From SAR202 cluster bacterium (GTDB lineage: Bacteria > Chloroflexota > Dehalococcoidia > Lucifugimonadales > Australimonadaceae), in contig VGZX01000001.1 of the NCBI GenBank assembly GCA_016872415.1, positions 10,287-74,286 of the forward strand: 64,000 nt of DNA, written 5' to 3'. The notes beneath the pieces are model-generated. The model ran no database searches. It was not told where the DNA came from and was given only the letters and a program-made list of their open reading frames with translations. Below are positions 17,670 to 30,422 of the stretch, one piece after another. Position 1 is the first letter of the stretch, and every line of letters starts with the position of its first letter. A program made the position numbers and the translations under genes.

Positions 17670-19466
17670 TCAGGCCTGACGGTAGGGTATCACCCGCGTG
17701 CCCGCCGAGTCGATGACGACGAGCACCGAGTCGCCCGACGCCGACCGGATGCCCCGCGCGGCCTCGTCGAGCGTGGCCTCGGTCGCGAGGGCGCCATCGG
17801 TAAGCGATTGCCACCACTGCACCGGCGCGCCGATGCGCTGCGCGATGGCGGACGCGAAACTCTGCTGGCTCGCCACCACGATCACGCGCTTGACCGCCGG
17901 CTGCGGCGGCGCGTAGCCGGACGCGCGCACCGTCTCGCGGTCCTCGCGCAGCACCAGCCAATAGTAGACGCCGATGGCCCCGGCCATGAGCACGACACCG
18001 AGCTGCCAGCGGCCGTCGTATATCGTGCCGGTGCTGAAGTCGCCGTCCAGTAGCGCGCGGAACACGCCATAGAGGAGCGAGCTGAGCGCGCCGATGGTGG
18101 CGAGCAGGGCGATGCCGAACACCAGGAAAATGAAGACGCGCCTCGGCAACGCCTCCCGCTCCTCGATGGCGCGCACGTCGGAGCCCTGCACGATGCGCTG
18201 TTGCCGGAACCAATAGATGGCCCAAAGCGGGGCGCCGACGATCAGCAGCGTGAGACCGATGGACGCGCCGCCTCCGACCGACTCGCGAACGACCGTGCCG
18301 CCCTCCGGCAGCACCAGACCGATGACCACGGCGAAGAGGACGACCAGCCCCACCGCGAACGTGCTGAGGCCCACCGCCGCCATGAGGTAGCGGTATACGC
18401 TTTCGGTGCCGTGGCTGCGCAATTGGGCGGCGATTGCTTCTTGCCGCACCACGGCGATGTGGTAGCCCCACAGCGCGGCTCCGGCGACCGCCAGCGCGAT
18501 GGCGTCGGGCAAGCCAGAGAAGTACGGCGCGGCGCCGACGCCCGGCGGCGGAGCGATGATCCAGCGCAGGATGTTGTAGAGCGCCAGGCTCGCAGCCGCC
18601 ACCATCATTGCCATGCCGGTGGCGATGGCGACCACGTAGAGCACGACGAGGCGAGCCATGGAGCCGGCATCGGCGCGCTGCATGCGGTGCCAGTGCAGCC
18701 ACCACCACGCGCCGCCCACGGCCGCCAGGGCCAGGCTCTCTTGGATCGTTCGCGTCCACAGGGGGTTGGCCGCGCCGAAGAGGAGCGCGTCGGTGAACAG
18801 CGCGTCGTAAGCGGCGGAGAGCAAGCCGCCGATGACGGCGGCGCCTTCGAAGACGATCAACGCGAGCGCGTAGACCGTGGTTGCATTTGCGTAGAGGCGG
18901 TGCAGCACGCGCGCATCGTCGCTGGGCTGGCCCTCGCCGCTCTCCACGCGCCAGTGAAACAGCCAAATGCCGACCCACGTGAGCAGCGTGGCGAGCGCGC
19001 TCGCGTCGAAGTACGTCTCGAACGCGCCCTGCAGCAGGTTCACCGCGGCGATGGCGGCCACGACCGCGGCGATGAAGAGCACGGCGTTGAGGTACAGCTT
19101 GCGGGCCAATGTCCCCGCCTCGGCGGGGTAGGCTCGCAACGAACGCTGTGCGGACAGCCAGAAGATGAGCCATAGCGGCGTGCCGACGATCACGGCGGCC
19201 AGGCCAAGCGCCAGCCGCGACGACGCGGTGCCGGCCAACGCCCGGGAGGTGAGCTCCTCTAGTATCTGCGAGGCGAGGAAGTTGACGCCCGAGGCCGTTA
19301 GCATGAGCCCGACGAACGCCAGCCCATAGAAGAATAGGCGCCGCACCGTGCCGATGCCCGGCTGCGACGGCCCCCCATCACGCCGGGCCAGTACCACGAT
19401 GCCCGCGATGATCGTCGCGATGATGAACAGCGGGATGAACAGACCGATGAACTGGAGTCCTGCCAT
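17670..19466 (-). CDS. Polytopic membrane protein built from six tandem two-helix repeats plus a C-terminal soluble domain
   Basis: 598 aa. The pattern basic-(L/V)(Y/F)...helix...helix ending in W..W..QR/RE recurs six times (PLWLIFWLSAQR, IWLFHWRVES, WWWLHWHRMQR, LWGYHIAVVRQE, PLWAIYWFRQQR, VYYWLVLRED). Confidence 0.7.
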   Translation of the reverse strand: MAGLQFIGLFIPLFIIATIIAGIVVLARRDGGPSQPGIGTVRRLFFYGLAFVGLMLTASGVNFLASQILEELTSRALAGTASSRLALGLAAVIVGTPLWLIFWLSAQRSLRAYPAEAGTLARKLYLNAVLFIAAVVAAIAAVNLLQGAFETYFDASALATLLTWVGIWLFHWRVESGEGQPSDDARVLHRLYANATTVYALALIVFEGAAVIGGLLSAAYDALFTDALLFGAANPLWTRTIQESLALAAVGGAWWWLHWHRMQRADAGSMARLVVLYVVAIATGMAMMVAAASLALYNILRWIIAPPPGVGAAPYFSGLPDAIALAVAGAALWGYHIAVVRQEAIAAQLRSHGTESVYRYLMAAVGLSTFAVGLVVLFAVVIGLVLPEGGTVVRESVGGGASIGLTLLIVGAPLWAIYWFRQQRIVQGSDVRAIEEREALPRRVFIFLVFGIALLATIGALSSLLYGVFRALLDGDFSTGTIYDGRWQLGVVLMAGAIGVYYWLVLREDRETVRASGYAPPQPAVKRVIVVASQQSFASAIAQRIGAPVQWWQSLTDGALATEATLDEAARGIRSASGDSVLVVIDSAGTRVIPYRQA

Positions 19467-19469
19467 GTG

Positions 19470-20000
19470 CTAGCCTCCCGCCGCCGGCGGTACCGGTTTC
19501 GCATCACGGGGGAAACAGTTGCCGACCGGCCACGGCCACCGCGTCAGGCGCCACTCGCCGCCGAACCGCCCAAGCTGGTTCACCGTCGCCATAATGCGGA
19601 AATACTCGGTGAACGTGTTCTCGCCGCCAAACGGGCCCTCGCCGTAGGTTTGGGTGATCCGCACCTCGACCTCGATCTCGTCGTGCACCTGACGGGTGGT
19701 CACGTGGCGCACGCGATAGGTGTTGGCCTGGCCCTCGAACCACATCGCCTGGTTACGGAAGTCGGACTCGGTGCACTCGTTCCGCAGGTCCGGATGGAGG
19801 TACGAGTAGGCGAGGGCGAAATCGCGGTCGATCATGGCGATCAGGTAGAGCTGCACCGTGCCCTCGGGGGTCGCGGGGTCGCGCAGGTCGACATCGTCGG
19901 GCCCCCGCAGCAGCGTGATGGCGACGCTCAACACCGCCAGCGCGGCCACGACGATCACGACGCCCAGCAACCAGCGGGATGAGGATGTTCTGATCTGCAT
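19470..20000 (-). CDS. Membrane-anchored small protein, NTF2-like/DUF4878-like ectodomain
   Basis: The ATG is preceded by AAGGAGG. One N-terminal TM segment (WLLGVVIVVAALAVLSVAI). TVQLYLIAMIDRDFALAYSYLHPDL resembles NTF2-like lipoproteins. Confidence 0.55.
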   Translation of the reverse strand: MQIRTSSSRWLLGVVIVVAALAVLSVAITLLRGPDDVDLRDPATPEGTVQLYLIAMIDRDFALAYSYLHPDLRNECTESDFRNQAMWFEGQANTYRVRHVTTRQVHDEIEVEVRITQTYGEGPFGGENTFTEYFRIMATVNQLGRFGGEWRLTRWPWPVGNCFPRDAKPVPPAAGG

Positions 20001-20076
20001 ATGCCTCCTTAGGTGCGGAGCCCACGCCCCCAATGGGCGCCGGGCAGTAGGTAGTATGACACGGCGCGGCCGCTAC

Positions 20077-21914
20077 TCAATCGCGTGAGACGGTCAACTC
20101 GAACGTTGCGGGCTGGGACGTCTTCGGTGCCACGGCCGTCACGAGTAATGTCGCCGCTCGATCGACGGTCAGGCTGGCGGTCCCCGTGGCGTCCATTTCC
20201 ATCGTCCTCACGGCGACGTCCGCGCCCGTGCCCTCGATCAGACGCGCCAAGAAGCGTTGCGGCACGCCATTACTGGAGACGCGGACGAACCCATCCGCGT
20301 TCCAGTCACCCGGAGTCTCGGCGTCGTCGCTCCAGCCGATCTCCGGCACGGCGATGTCGTCCACGCACCAACCGGTGCCATGAACGGCGTCGTCGTTGAC
20401 GAGCATGAAGCGCACCAATACCTGTTTGCCTGCGTATGGGCTCAAGTCCATGCGCTCCGCCGCCCATCCCGCGGCGCCGGTGTAGGAGGGGCCGAAGGCG
20501 ATGTTGAGCGGGTCGACGTCGCTGGTGAGCCTTCCCGCCATGGCTGTCCAGCGCGTGCCGCCATCCTCGGACACGGCGACATAGCCGTGGTCGAACCCGT
20601 ATTCGATGTCGAGCCACGTCCTGAACGTCAACGTCGCCGACGAGGCGCCCGTGAGGTCGACGGCGTGGGTCAGTGAGGTGGCGATCGAGTCGCCGCGGTT
20701 GCTCCACCAGCAATGGCCGCCGTCCATGCCGGGAACGACGGGGGTCGCCTTGCTGCCTTTCAACTGAATCGTGAGCGGTGAGCCGCCCGGGATCACCTCC
20801 GCATACCACGCGCCATACTGTGCCACCTCGCCACGGATATGTCGCGGGTCTCTTATCGTCGTGCCGACGGTCGCCTTGCCGGGCGGGGTGGGGTAAGCGT
20901 ACCTGCCGGAGGGCGCGCCGGCGACATTGGTGGTGAGCCAGTCCAACAGGAGGTCGTGGACCGACAGGCCGGGAGCCGCCGAGCCGAGGAACGCCGCGAC
21001 GCCGTCGATGCTGTCTGCCTCCTCGGCGATGAGGGCCGCGATGCGGTCGTCGCCGACCCGGTGCGCGAGGTAGGCGATGAACAGCGAGGCCGCGCCATAG
21101 TGCGGCAGCGTGTCGGCCAAGTCCAAGGGCCATGTCGTCAGCGAGATGCTTGGGTCGCGCAGGTAGGGCTCGTGGGGTAGGGCGGGCAGGCCCATCGCGC
21201 GCGCCACGTACTCGCTCAGCCCTTCGTTCAGCCACGTCTCCTCGGTGCGGTCGACGAGGAAGTGGACGAGGTGTTGGAGCTCGTGGGCGAGCGTGCCGGT
21301 ATACCGGTCGGCCCCGATGCTCGATGTCGAGTTCATGAAGACGGCGAGCATCTGATTGCTGGCCGGCTCCACCGCGTCGGGCAACGTGTCGGCGGCGCTG
21401 AAGTAGCCCGCCACCCCGGACAGCGACGCATTCACGATGTTGACGCGGCCCGGCAATTCCAAGCCGGGCGCGATCATGCCGATCACAAAGGGGTAGACCT
21501 CGTCGTCGAATCGGTTGGAGGCGTTCGCCAGCGTCGAGCCCGCAACGTCGGCGCCACGCCGCACCCACCAGTTGCCGTGCTCGCCCACGTGGCGCAGCTC
21601 GATTTCCACCGTCTGATACCGTGGCCCGGTGGCGTCCAGCACGTTGACCCGCCGCACAGTGCCGATGGGCGGCGTCGCGAGCAACTCGCTCAGCGTCAAC
21701 GGTCGTGCCTCCACCCCGTGGAACGCCCTTGCCAACGCGAACGGGTCCTTCGCCGGCGCGTCGGCTATCGTGGTGCCTGGGGGCACCGTCACGGTCGGCG
21801 CGGCGGTGGTGGCCGTTGGCGTCGCCGTCGGGGCCGGCGCGGCCGGCGGCCTGCACGCGAGCAGCGATAGGATCGCGGCCGCCACGACGCATGCCCATGC
21901 CAAGCGCATCGACA

Positions 21915-21915
<1 letters not shown>
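20077..21915 (-). CDS. Secreted lipoprotein zinc metalloprotease (HExxH), M6/InhA-like C-terminal domain
   Basis: Lipobox signal MSMRLAWACVVAAAILSLLAC. Zinc site TLAHELQHLVH. C-terminal WLDIEYGFDHGYVAVSEDGGTRW. The ATG overlaps the pth stop by 1 nt (TGATG). Confidence 0.7.
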
Positions 21916-24895
<2,980 letters not shown>

Positions 24896-24940
24896 CTATG
24901 CGCGCGCCCCCGACGCACACCCGCTTCCGAAGGAGCCCTC

Positions 24941-26227
24941 GTGGTCGACTTCCGCCCATTCCGCGCCATCCGCTACGACACCGCCGAAGCCGGCCGCATG
25001 GACGACCTCATTTGCCCGCCGTACGACGTGATCAACCCATCCCAGGAACGGGCGCTGCGGGCCCGCAACCCGCACAATATGGTGCGGCTGGAGCTGGCCG
25101 AGATCCAAGGCGCGCCCTCGCCAACCCGCTATGCCGATGCTTCGGCCACCTTCCAGCGGTGGCAGGCTTCCGGCGTCCTGCGCCGCGACGAGCGCCCGGC
25201 GTATTACCTCGTGCGCCAGCGTTTCACCCACGAGGGCGCCACGCGCGACCGCTTCGCGATCTTCGGCGCGCTCCGGCTGGAGGAGCTTGGCAACGAGGTG
25301 CTGCCCCATGAGCACACCGCGGCCGGGCCGAAGCAGGACCGCCTCGCGCTGATGGAGGTGTGCAAGGCCAACTTCAGCCCCATCATGATGCTGTTCCGCG
25401 ATGCCGGCCGGCAGGTGGCGGCACTCCGCGAGCGCGTGACCGCGCGGCACCCGGAGCAGACGTTCACGGGCGACGATGGGCAGGGCTACGCCGCATGGCG
25501 CATCGACGACCCGGCGGACACGAGCGTGGTCCGGCAGGCGTTGGCCGGCCAGAAGGCCTACATCGCCGACGGGCACCACCGCTATGAGACGGCGCTCACC
25601 TATCGCGATGCCCACGCCGCCGATGGCGAGGCGGCCGGCTTCGTGATGACCTGCCTCATCGACTTCGACGACCCCGGCCTGCTCATCCTGCCCTACCATC
25701 GCGTGCTGCGCGGGCTCTCGGATGCTCAGTTCGAGTACCTGCGCGACCGCATCGCGCAGATTTTCCTCACCGAGAAGGCCGGCGTCGATCTCACATCGCA
25801 TCGGCCGCTCGAGGCCATCGTCGCGAAGGTCGGCGAGCGCGGGCCGGCGTTCGGACTCGTGGGTCAGGGCGGCGAAGGGCCCTACCTCCTCACGGTCGGC
25901 AATGCGGCGCTCATCGACAAGTACGCGCCACGGGGCCCCGAAAACGCCGTGAAGGACGTCGAGGCGTGGATCCTGCAAGAGGTGCTGCTGCGGCCCGTGC
26001 TTGGCGACGACTTCCCCAGCTTCGTGACATATGTGCACGACGGCGCGGAGGCGCTGTCGCTCGTGAAGGACGGCACCGGCCAAATGGCCTTCTTCCTCAA
26101 GGGCGTGCCGCCCGACATCTTCGAGACGGTGGTGGGCATGGGCGTGCGGTTGCCGCGCAAGAGCACCTACTTCCACCCGAAGTTGCCCAGCGGCGTTGTG
26201 ATCAACTCGTTGTCGGGTTCGCTCTAG
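24941..26227 (+). CDS. DUF1015-family protein
   Basis: GTG start with GAAGGAG RBS. The N-terminus VVDFRPFRAIRYD...ICPPYDVI is characteristic of DUF1015. Confidence 0.75.
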   Translation: MVDFRPFRAIRYDTAEAGRMDDLICPPYDVINPSQERALRARNPHNMVRLELAEIQGAPSPTRYADASATFQRWQASGVLRRDERPAYYLVRQRFTHEGATRDRFAIFGALRLEELGNEVLPHEHTAAGPKQDRLALMEVCKANFSPIMMLFRDAGRQVAALRERVTARHPEQTFTGDDGQGYAAWRIDDPADTSVVRQALAGQKAYIADGHHRYETALTYRDAHAADGEAAGFVMTCLIDFDDPGLLILPYHRVLRGLSDAQFEYLRDRIAQIFLTEKAGVDLTSHRPLEAIVAKVGERGPAFGLVGQGGEGPYLLTVGNAALIDKYAPRGPENAVKDVEAWILQEVLLRPVLGDDFPSFVTYVHDGAEALSLVKDGTGQMAFFLKGVPPDIFETVVGMGVRLPRKSTYFHPKLPSGVVINSLSGSL

Positions 26228-27081
26228 CCGTCGCGCGACCGCGCCCAGCCGCCGCTGCGCCACGCCATGCCGGCGGTGGCGGCCATGAACTCGGCATGCA
26301 CTAGCGGAGCGCCCGCGATGAAGTGCTCGTGATCGAAGCGAGCCGGCCCGCCGCGCGTGTCGGTGGCGAGGCCGCCCGCCTCGCGGATGAGCAAGAAGCC
26401 GGGCGCCACGTCCCACGGGTAGACGTGGTGGTGGGCATAGATCTGCAGCCGACCGGCGGCCACCCACGCAAGGCCCAACGCCGCCGAGCCCATGAGCCGC
26501 ACGGTTTGCATGCGCGGCCACAGCCCATGGATCAGCTCCAGCAGCCGCTTGCCCTTGTCGTCGACGTAGCCCATGTCGAACCCCAGGACGGCCTCGGCGA
26601 GCGATTCGCCCGCCGCCGCGACGCGCTTGCCGTTGAGCGTGGCGCCTTGGCCCGCCCGCGCCGCGAACAACTCGTCGCGCAGCGGGTCATACGTCATGCC
26701 AAGCAGTACGTCGTCGCCGCGGGCAAGCGCGATGTTGACCGCGACGTGAGGGATGCCCGAGGCGAAATTGCGCGTGCCGTCCACCGGATCGACGAGCCAG
26801 GTGAGCTCGTTGCCCACGGTGCGCCCCGATTCCTCCGCCAGGATGGAGAAGCCGGGGTACTCGTCGCGAATGATGTCGAGGATGATCCGCTCCGAAGCCT
26901 GGTCCACCTCGGTCACTAGGTTGTTGCGGCCCTTGCGGGTCACCTGCAACGAGCCCGCCGCGTCGGCTCCCACCGTCTCGCGAAAGCGTCGGGCCACCAG
27001 CGCGCCGGCCAAGCGCGCCGCTTCCTCCGCGATGGCGAAGGCGTCGCGTCCGGATTTGCTTGCCGGTATGCTGCTAGCCAT
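26224..27081 (-). CDS. Inositol monophosphatase family protein
   Basis: ILAEESG, WLVDPVDGTRNF and GSAALGLAWVAAGR motifs. The start ATG 27081 overlaps the trpS 3' end by 8 nt. Confidence 0.85.
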   Translation of the reverse strand: MASSIPASKSGRDAFAIAEEAARLAGALVARRFRETVGADAAGSLQVTRKGRNNLVTEVDQASERIILDIIRDEYPGFSILAEESGRTVGNELTWLVDPVDGTRNFASGIPHVAVNIALARGDDVLLGMTYDPLRDELFAARAGQGATLNGKRVAAAGESLAEAVLGFDMGYVDDKGKRLLELIHGLWPRMQTVRLMGSAALGLAWVAAGRLQIYAHHHVYPWDVAPGFLLIREAGGLATDTRGGPARFDHEHFIAGAPLVHAEFMAATAGMAWRSGGWARSRDG

Positions 27082-28075
27082 GCAGCGTGCCCAGGCCGAT
27101 GCGCTGGTAGACCTCGTCGATCGTCTCACGCGCAAGAGCGCGGGCCCGCCTGGCGCCGTCGGCCAGCACGTCGTCCACGAAGCCGGGATTGGCAGCCATC
27201 TCGGCCCGGCGTGTGCGGAAGTCGCTCAGGTAGCGGTTGATGCCCTCGGCCAGCAGCTTCTTGCAATCGACGCAACCGATGCCGGCGGTGGTGCACTCCT
27301 GATGGACGTAGCCGATCTTGCCGGGGTTGAAGAGCTTGTGCATCGAGTAGACGTTGCAGACCTCGGGGCGCCCCGGATCGCTGCGACGCTGGCGTTGCGG
27401 GTCGGTCACCATCGTCATCACGCGCTTGCTCGTCTCCTCGGCGGTCGCGGCAAGCTCCAAGTGGTTATCCAGGCTCTTGCTCATCTTCGCGACGCCGTCG
27501 ATGCCCGTGATGGACGGCGTCTCCGTGAGTAGCGCCCGCGGCTCCGGGAAGGTCTCGCCGTACAAGTTGTTGAAGCGTCTGACGATCTCCCGCGATAGCT
27601 CGATGTGCGGCACCTGGTCAATGCCCACGGGCACGCGATCCGCCTTGAGCAAGATGATGTCCGCCGTCTGCAGGACGGGATAGCCGACCAGTCCGTACGA
27701 CACGTTTTCCTCGGTCTCGTTCATTTGGCGCACGCGTTCCTTGAACGTGGGCACGCGCAGCAGCCAGCCGAGGGGCGTCACCATGCTCAACAGCGAATGC
27801 AGGACCAGCACCTCCGGCACCTGCGATTGCGCGAACAGGAGGCTCTTGCCCGGGTCGAGGCCGGCGGCCAGCCAGTCCAACACCATCTCGCGCGTGTTGG
27901 GCTTGATGATCTCGGTTTCCTTGCCCGTCACGGTCGTCAGCGTGTGCACGTCGGCCACGGCGAACACGCACTCATATTGGCCCTGCAGGCGCACCCAGTT
28001 CTCCAACGCGCCGAAGTAGTTGCCCAAGTGCAGCCGCCCCGATGGGCGCATCGCCGAAAAGACCTTGTTCGCCAT
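27074..28075 (-). CDS. trpS: Tryptophan--tRNA ligase
   Basis: MANKVFSAMRPSGRLHLGNYFGALENW (HIGH-type motif) and KMSKS. About 333 aa. Confidence 0.9.
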   Translation of the reverse strand: MANKVFSAMRPSGRLHLGNYFGALENWVRLQGQYECVFAVADVHTLTTVTGKETEIIKPNTREMVLDWLAAGLDPGKSLLFAQSQVPEVLVLHSLLSMVTPLGWLLRVPTFKERVRQMNETEENVSYGLVGYPVLQTADIILLKADRVPVGIDQVPHIELSREIVRRFNNLYGETFPEPRALLTETPSITGIDGVAKMSKSLDNHLELAATAEETSKRVMTMVTDPQRQRRSDPGRPEVCNVYSMHKLFNPGKIGYVHQECTTAGIGCVDCKKLLAEGINRYLSDFRTRRAEMAANPGFVDDVLADGARRARALARETIDEVYQRIGLGTLHG

Positions 28076-28305
28076 GTTGCTCCCTCGCTCGCCCGGCCCG
28101 CCGAGGCCGCCGGTGCGATCGCTCAAAGAAAAACCCACCCCACGCAGGGGCGGGTTCTCCGCTGTGTCACCCTCATTCGCCCCGGCGCGCGCGCCCGAGC
28201 CTCCGGTCGCGCTGTAACGGGCGCGGCCCGTGACGGCGGGCTCGATATCGGCGCCGGGCGGCTCCGGCTCTCCGTGGCCGCGCCAAGCACCCCGCCGTCG
28301 CCCGC
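28076..28305 (-). promoter_or_regulatory. trpS leader RNA, T-box-like transcription attenuation element (candidate)
   Basis: The box AAUGAGGGUGACACAGCGG (28177-28159) resembles the T-box consensus AAnnnGGGUGGnACCGCG. Its GGGUG can pair with CGCCC of the terminator 5' arm, giving an antiterminator alternative. A GGAGAG element lies upstream. No UGG specifier could be placed confidently. Confidence 0.4.
28125..28154 (-). terminator. Intrinsic terminator inside the trpS 5' leader (attenuator)
   Basis: Minus strand reads CCCGCCCC-UGCGU-GGGGUGGG followed by UUUUUCUUU. It sits about 50 nt upstream of the trpS ATG, and no upstream same-strand gene exists for it to terminate. Confidence 0.7.
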
Positions 28306-28311
28306 GGGCGC

Positions 28312-28341
28312 ATTATCGACGCCGCGCCATTTGCATGTCAA
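28312..28341 (-). promoter_or_regulatory. Near-consensus sigma70-type promoter for trpS
   Basis: Minus strand: TTGACA (28341-28336), 18-nt spacer, GATAAT (28317-28312). This predicts a leader of about 230 nt. Confidence 0.55.
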
Positions 28342-28484
28342 CGAAGCGGCGCGGGCATTCGCGCGTCGCTGCCCACGCCCGCGTATCGCAAGCCGCATTG
28401 CCGCGTCCGGCCACCGAACCCGTCATTCCGTATACTCCGTGCCACGCCGGCTTGATCGCCGGACGACACGAGGGGTGACAGGGC

Positions 28485-28904
28485 ATGATTCGCGCTCTCG
28501 GCGGCAAGAGCCCACGGATCGATCCAATCGCGTACGTCAGCGAGGCCGCCTATGTCATCGGCGACGTGAGCATCGGCGCCCATCCGAGCGTGTGGCCCGG
28601 CGCCGTGATCCGCGGCGACCACGGGCACATCGCCATCGGTTCGCGCACGAACATTCAGGATAACTCCGTCATCCACAGCGATGCCGACGTGGTCATCGGC
28701 GACCACGTCACCATCGGGCACCGCGTCGTTTGTCACGCCGTGTGGGTGGGGAACTACGTGCTGCTGGGTAACGGCTGCGTCGTGAACGACGGCGTCGTCG
28801 TTGGCAGCCGCGCCATCGTCGCGGCCGGCGCCGTCGTGCTGGAGCGCGCGGCGCGGAACTACGTGGACTTGGCGGCGCGCTACAAGGCCGAGGGGCTGGA
28901 GTAG
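28485..28904 (+). CDS. Gamma-carbonic-anhydrase-like / hexapeptide-repeat (LbH) protein, short form
   Basis: Left-handed beta-helix repeats; WPGAVIRGD...IGSRTNIQDNSVIH...IGH. Only 139 aa, compared with about 170-180 typical. Confidence 0.75.
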   Translation: MIRALGGKSPRIDPIAYVSEAAYVIGDVSIGAHPSVWPGAVIRGDHGHIAIGSRTNIQDNSVIHSDADVVIGDHVTIGHRVVCHAVWVGNYVLLGNGCVVNDGVVVGSRAIVAAGAVVLERAARNYVDLAARYKAEGLE

Positions 28905-28943
28905 GGCACTCTCAATCGACGGTCGGGGCGCTTGGGCCGGTGT

Positions 28944-30314
28944 ATGATGCGCCAACCACCCAGGCCAGGTGCCACCACGGACGGACCCGCTCCAAGAACG
29001 CCCAACGTCGACGACGCCGGCGCCGGCAGCACGCATCGGCTGCTGCGGCCGTTCCGCCCGCTGGCCTTCCGCGAATACCGCTTCATGTGGCTGGGGCAGT
29101 CGTGCCAGGCGGGCTCCATGTGGGCGGAGCGCGTTGCCCGCAGCGTGCTCATCTACCAGCTCACCGGGTCGGCCGTGCAGCTGGCCGGCGCCGAGGCGAT
29201 GCGCGGGTTCGCGATGCTGCTGCTCGGCGCCTGGGGCGGCGTCCTGGCCGACCGTCTCGACAAGCGCGCCCTCCTGATGATGGTGCAGTTCTGGGCGTTC
29301 GCCGTCTACAGCACCATCGCCGTGCTCGCGCTCACCGGCCACCTGCAAGTGTGGCACCTTTACGCCAGTACGTTCGGCCTCTCGCTCGGCCAGGCCGTGA
29401 ACCAGCCCGTGCGCACCTCCATGATCCCGACAATCGTCCCGCGCGATCTCGTGCTTGGCGCGCTGACGCTGAACGCGATGGCCGTCAACGCCTCGCGAAT
29501 GGTCACGCCCGTCGCCACGGGCCTCCTCATCGCCGTCACCCGCAACGGTGGCTGGGGCTATGCCATCGGCAGCGTGCTCTACTTCCTCATGATGCTGTTC
29601 ACCATGCAGCTCCGAGGCAACTACCGCGCGGGCGATGAGAAGACGTTGCCATTCCTCAAGTCGCTTGCCGAAGGCATTCGCTACGTCGGCAGGGAGCGCG
29701 TCGTACTCGCGCAGATGGTCATTGCCTATGGGCCGCTCTCCTTCGCCTTCGCGTACCAGGCCATCCTCATCGTCTACGTCCACGAGACGCTCGGCGGCGG
29801 CGCGGGAATGCTCAGCCTGCTCTTTTTCTTCACCGGCTTCGGTGCCCTGTTCGGCGGGTTCAACATCGGCACCGGCACCCTCACCCTTCGCCAGGGCCGC
29901 ATCTTGTTCATCGCGGGCGTCGTCGATGGCGCCGCGCTCATGCTCCTCGGCGCGGCGGGCTGGCTGCCGGCGGCGTGGCTGGCGTTCGCCGTGGCGGCGC
30001 TGTGCATGATCGGGGTCGGCGCTACGCAGGTCAGCTTCATGTCCACCAACAACAGCCTGCTGCTGGTGAACACGCCCTCCAACCTGCGCGGGCGCGTCAT
30101 GGGCCTCACCGTGTTCCGGCAGGTGGTCATGGCGGGCGCGGCGTTCCTGGGCGGCATCGTCGCCGAGCTGACGAACGGCGCCACGGCGCTCGCGACGCTG
30201 GGCGCGTGCTGCATCGCCATAGTCGTGGGCGTCACCCTGTGGCAGCCGCGCATTCTCCAGCTCGACGGCTCGCGCGACACGCGGGCCGGGCGGGCGTCGC
30301 CACCCGTCGCCTGA
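28944..30314 (+). CDS. MFS transporter (DUF894/EntS-like)
   Basis: FREYRFMWLGQSCQAGSMW... N-terminus and about 12 TM segments. The ORF is open from TTG 28932; the first ATGs are at 28944 and 28947. Confidence 0.75.
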   Translation: MMRQPPRPGATTDGPAPRTPNVDDAGAGSTHRLLRPFRPLAFREYRFMWLGQSCQAGSMWAERVARSVLIYQLTGSAVQLAGAEAMRGFAMLLLGAWGGVLADRLDKRALLMMVQFWAFAVYSTIAVLALTGHLQVWHLYASTFGLSLGQAVNQPVRTSMIPTIVPRDLVLGALTLNAMAVNASRMVTPVATGLLIAVTRNGGWGYAIGSVLYFLMMLFTMQLRGNYRAGDEKTLPFLKSLAEGIRYVGRERVVLAQMVIAYGPLSFAFAYQAILIVYVHETLGGGAGMLSLLFFFTGFGALFGGFNIGTGTLTLRQGRILFIAGVVDGAALMLLGAAGWLPAAWLAFAVAALCMIGVGATQVSFMSTNNSLLLVNTPSNLRGRVMGLTVFRQVVMAGAAFLGGIVAELTNGATALATLGACCIAIVVGVTLWQPRILQLDGSRDTRAGRASPPVA

Positions 30315-30336
30315 TTGTGATTTTCTGAACAAACCC

Positions 30337-30366
30337 TTGTATGGCCTGCTCGCCGTTCCGTATAAT
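30337..30366 (+). promoter_or_regulatory. Candidate promoter of the aminotransferase-serA operon
   Basis: TTGTAT (30337-30342), 18-nt spacer, perfect TATAAT (30361-30366). It lies about 55 nt upstream of ATG 30423. Confidence 0.55.
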
Positions 30367-30422
30367 CGCCAAGCGGCCCCAACGTGCCAGCATGTTCCCT
30401 TCCGGGGGATGAGGAGATTTCG

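Noticed and set aside
17632-19173. 513-aa and other long ORFs overlapping the six-repeat membrane protein and the metalloprotease (e.g. 20306-21898)
   Set aside because: These are alternative frames of better-supported genes, Arg/Gly/His-rich, with no motifs.
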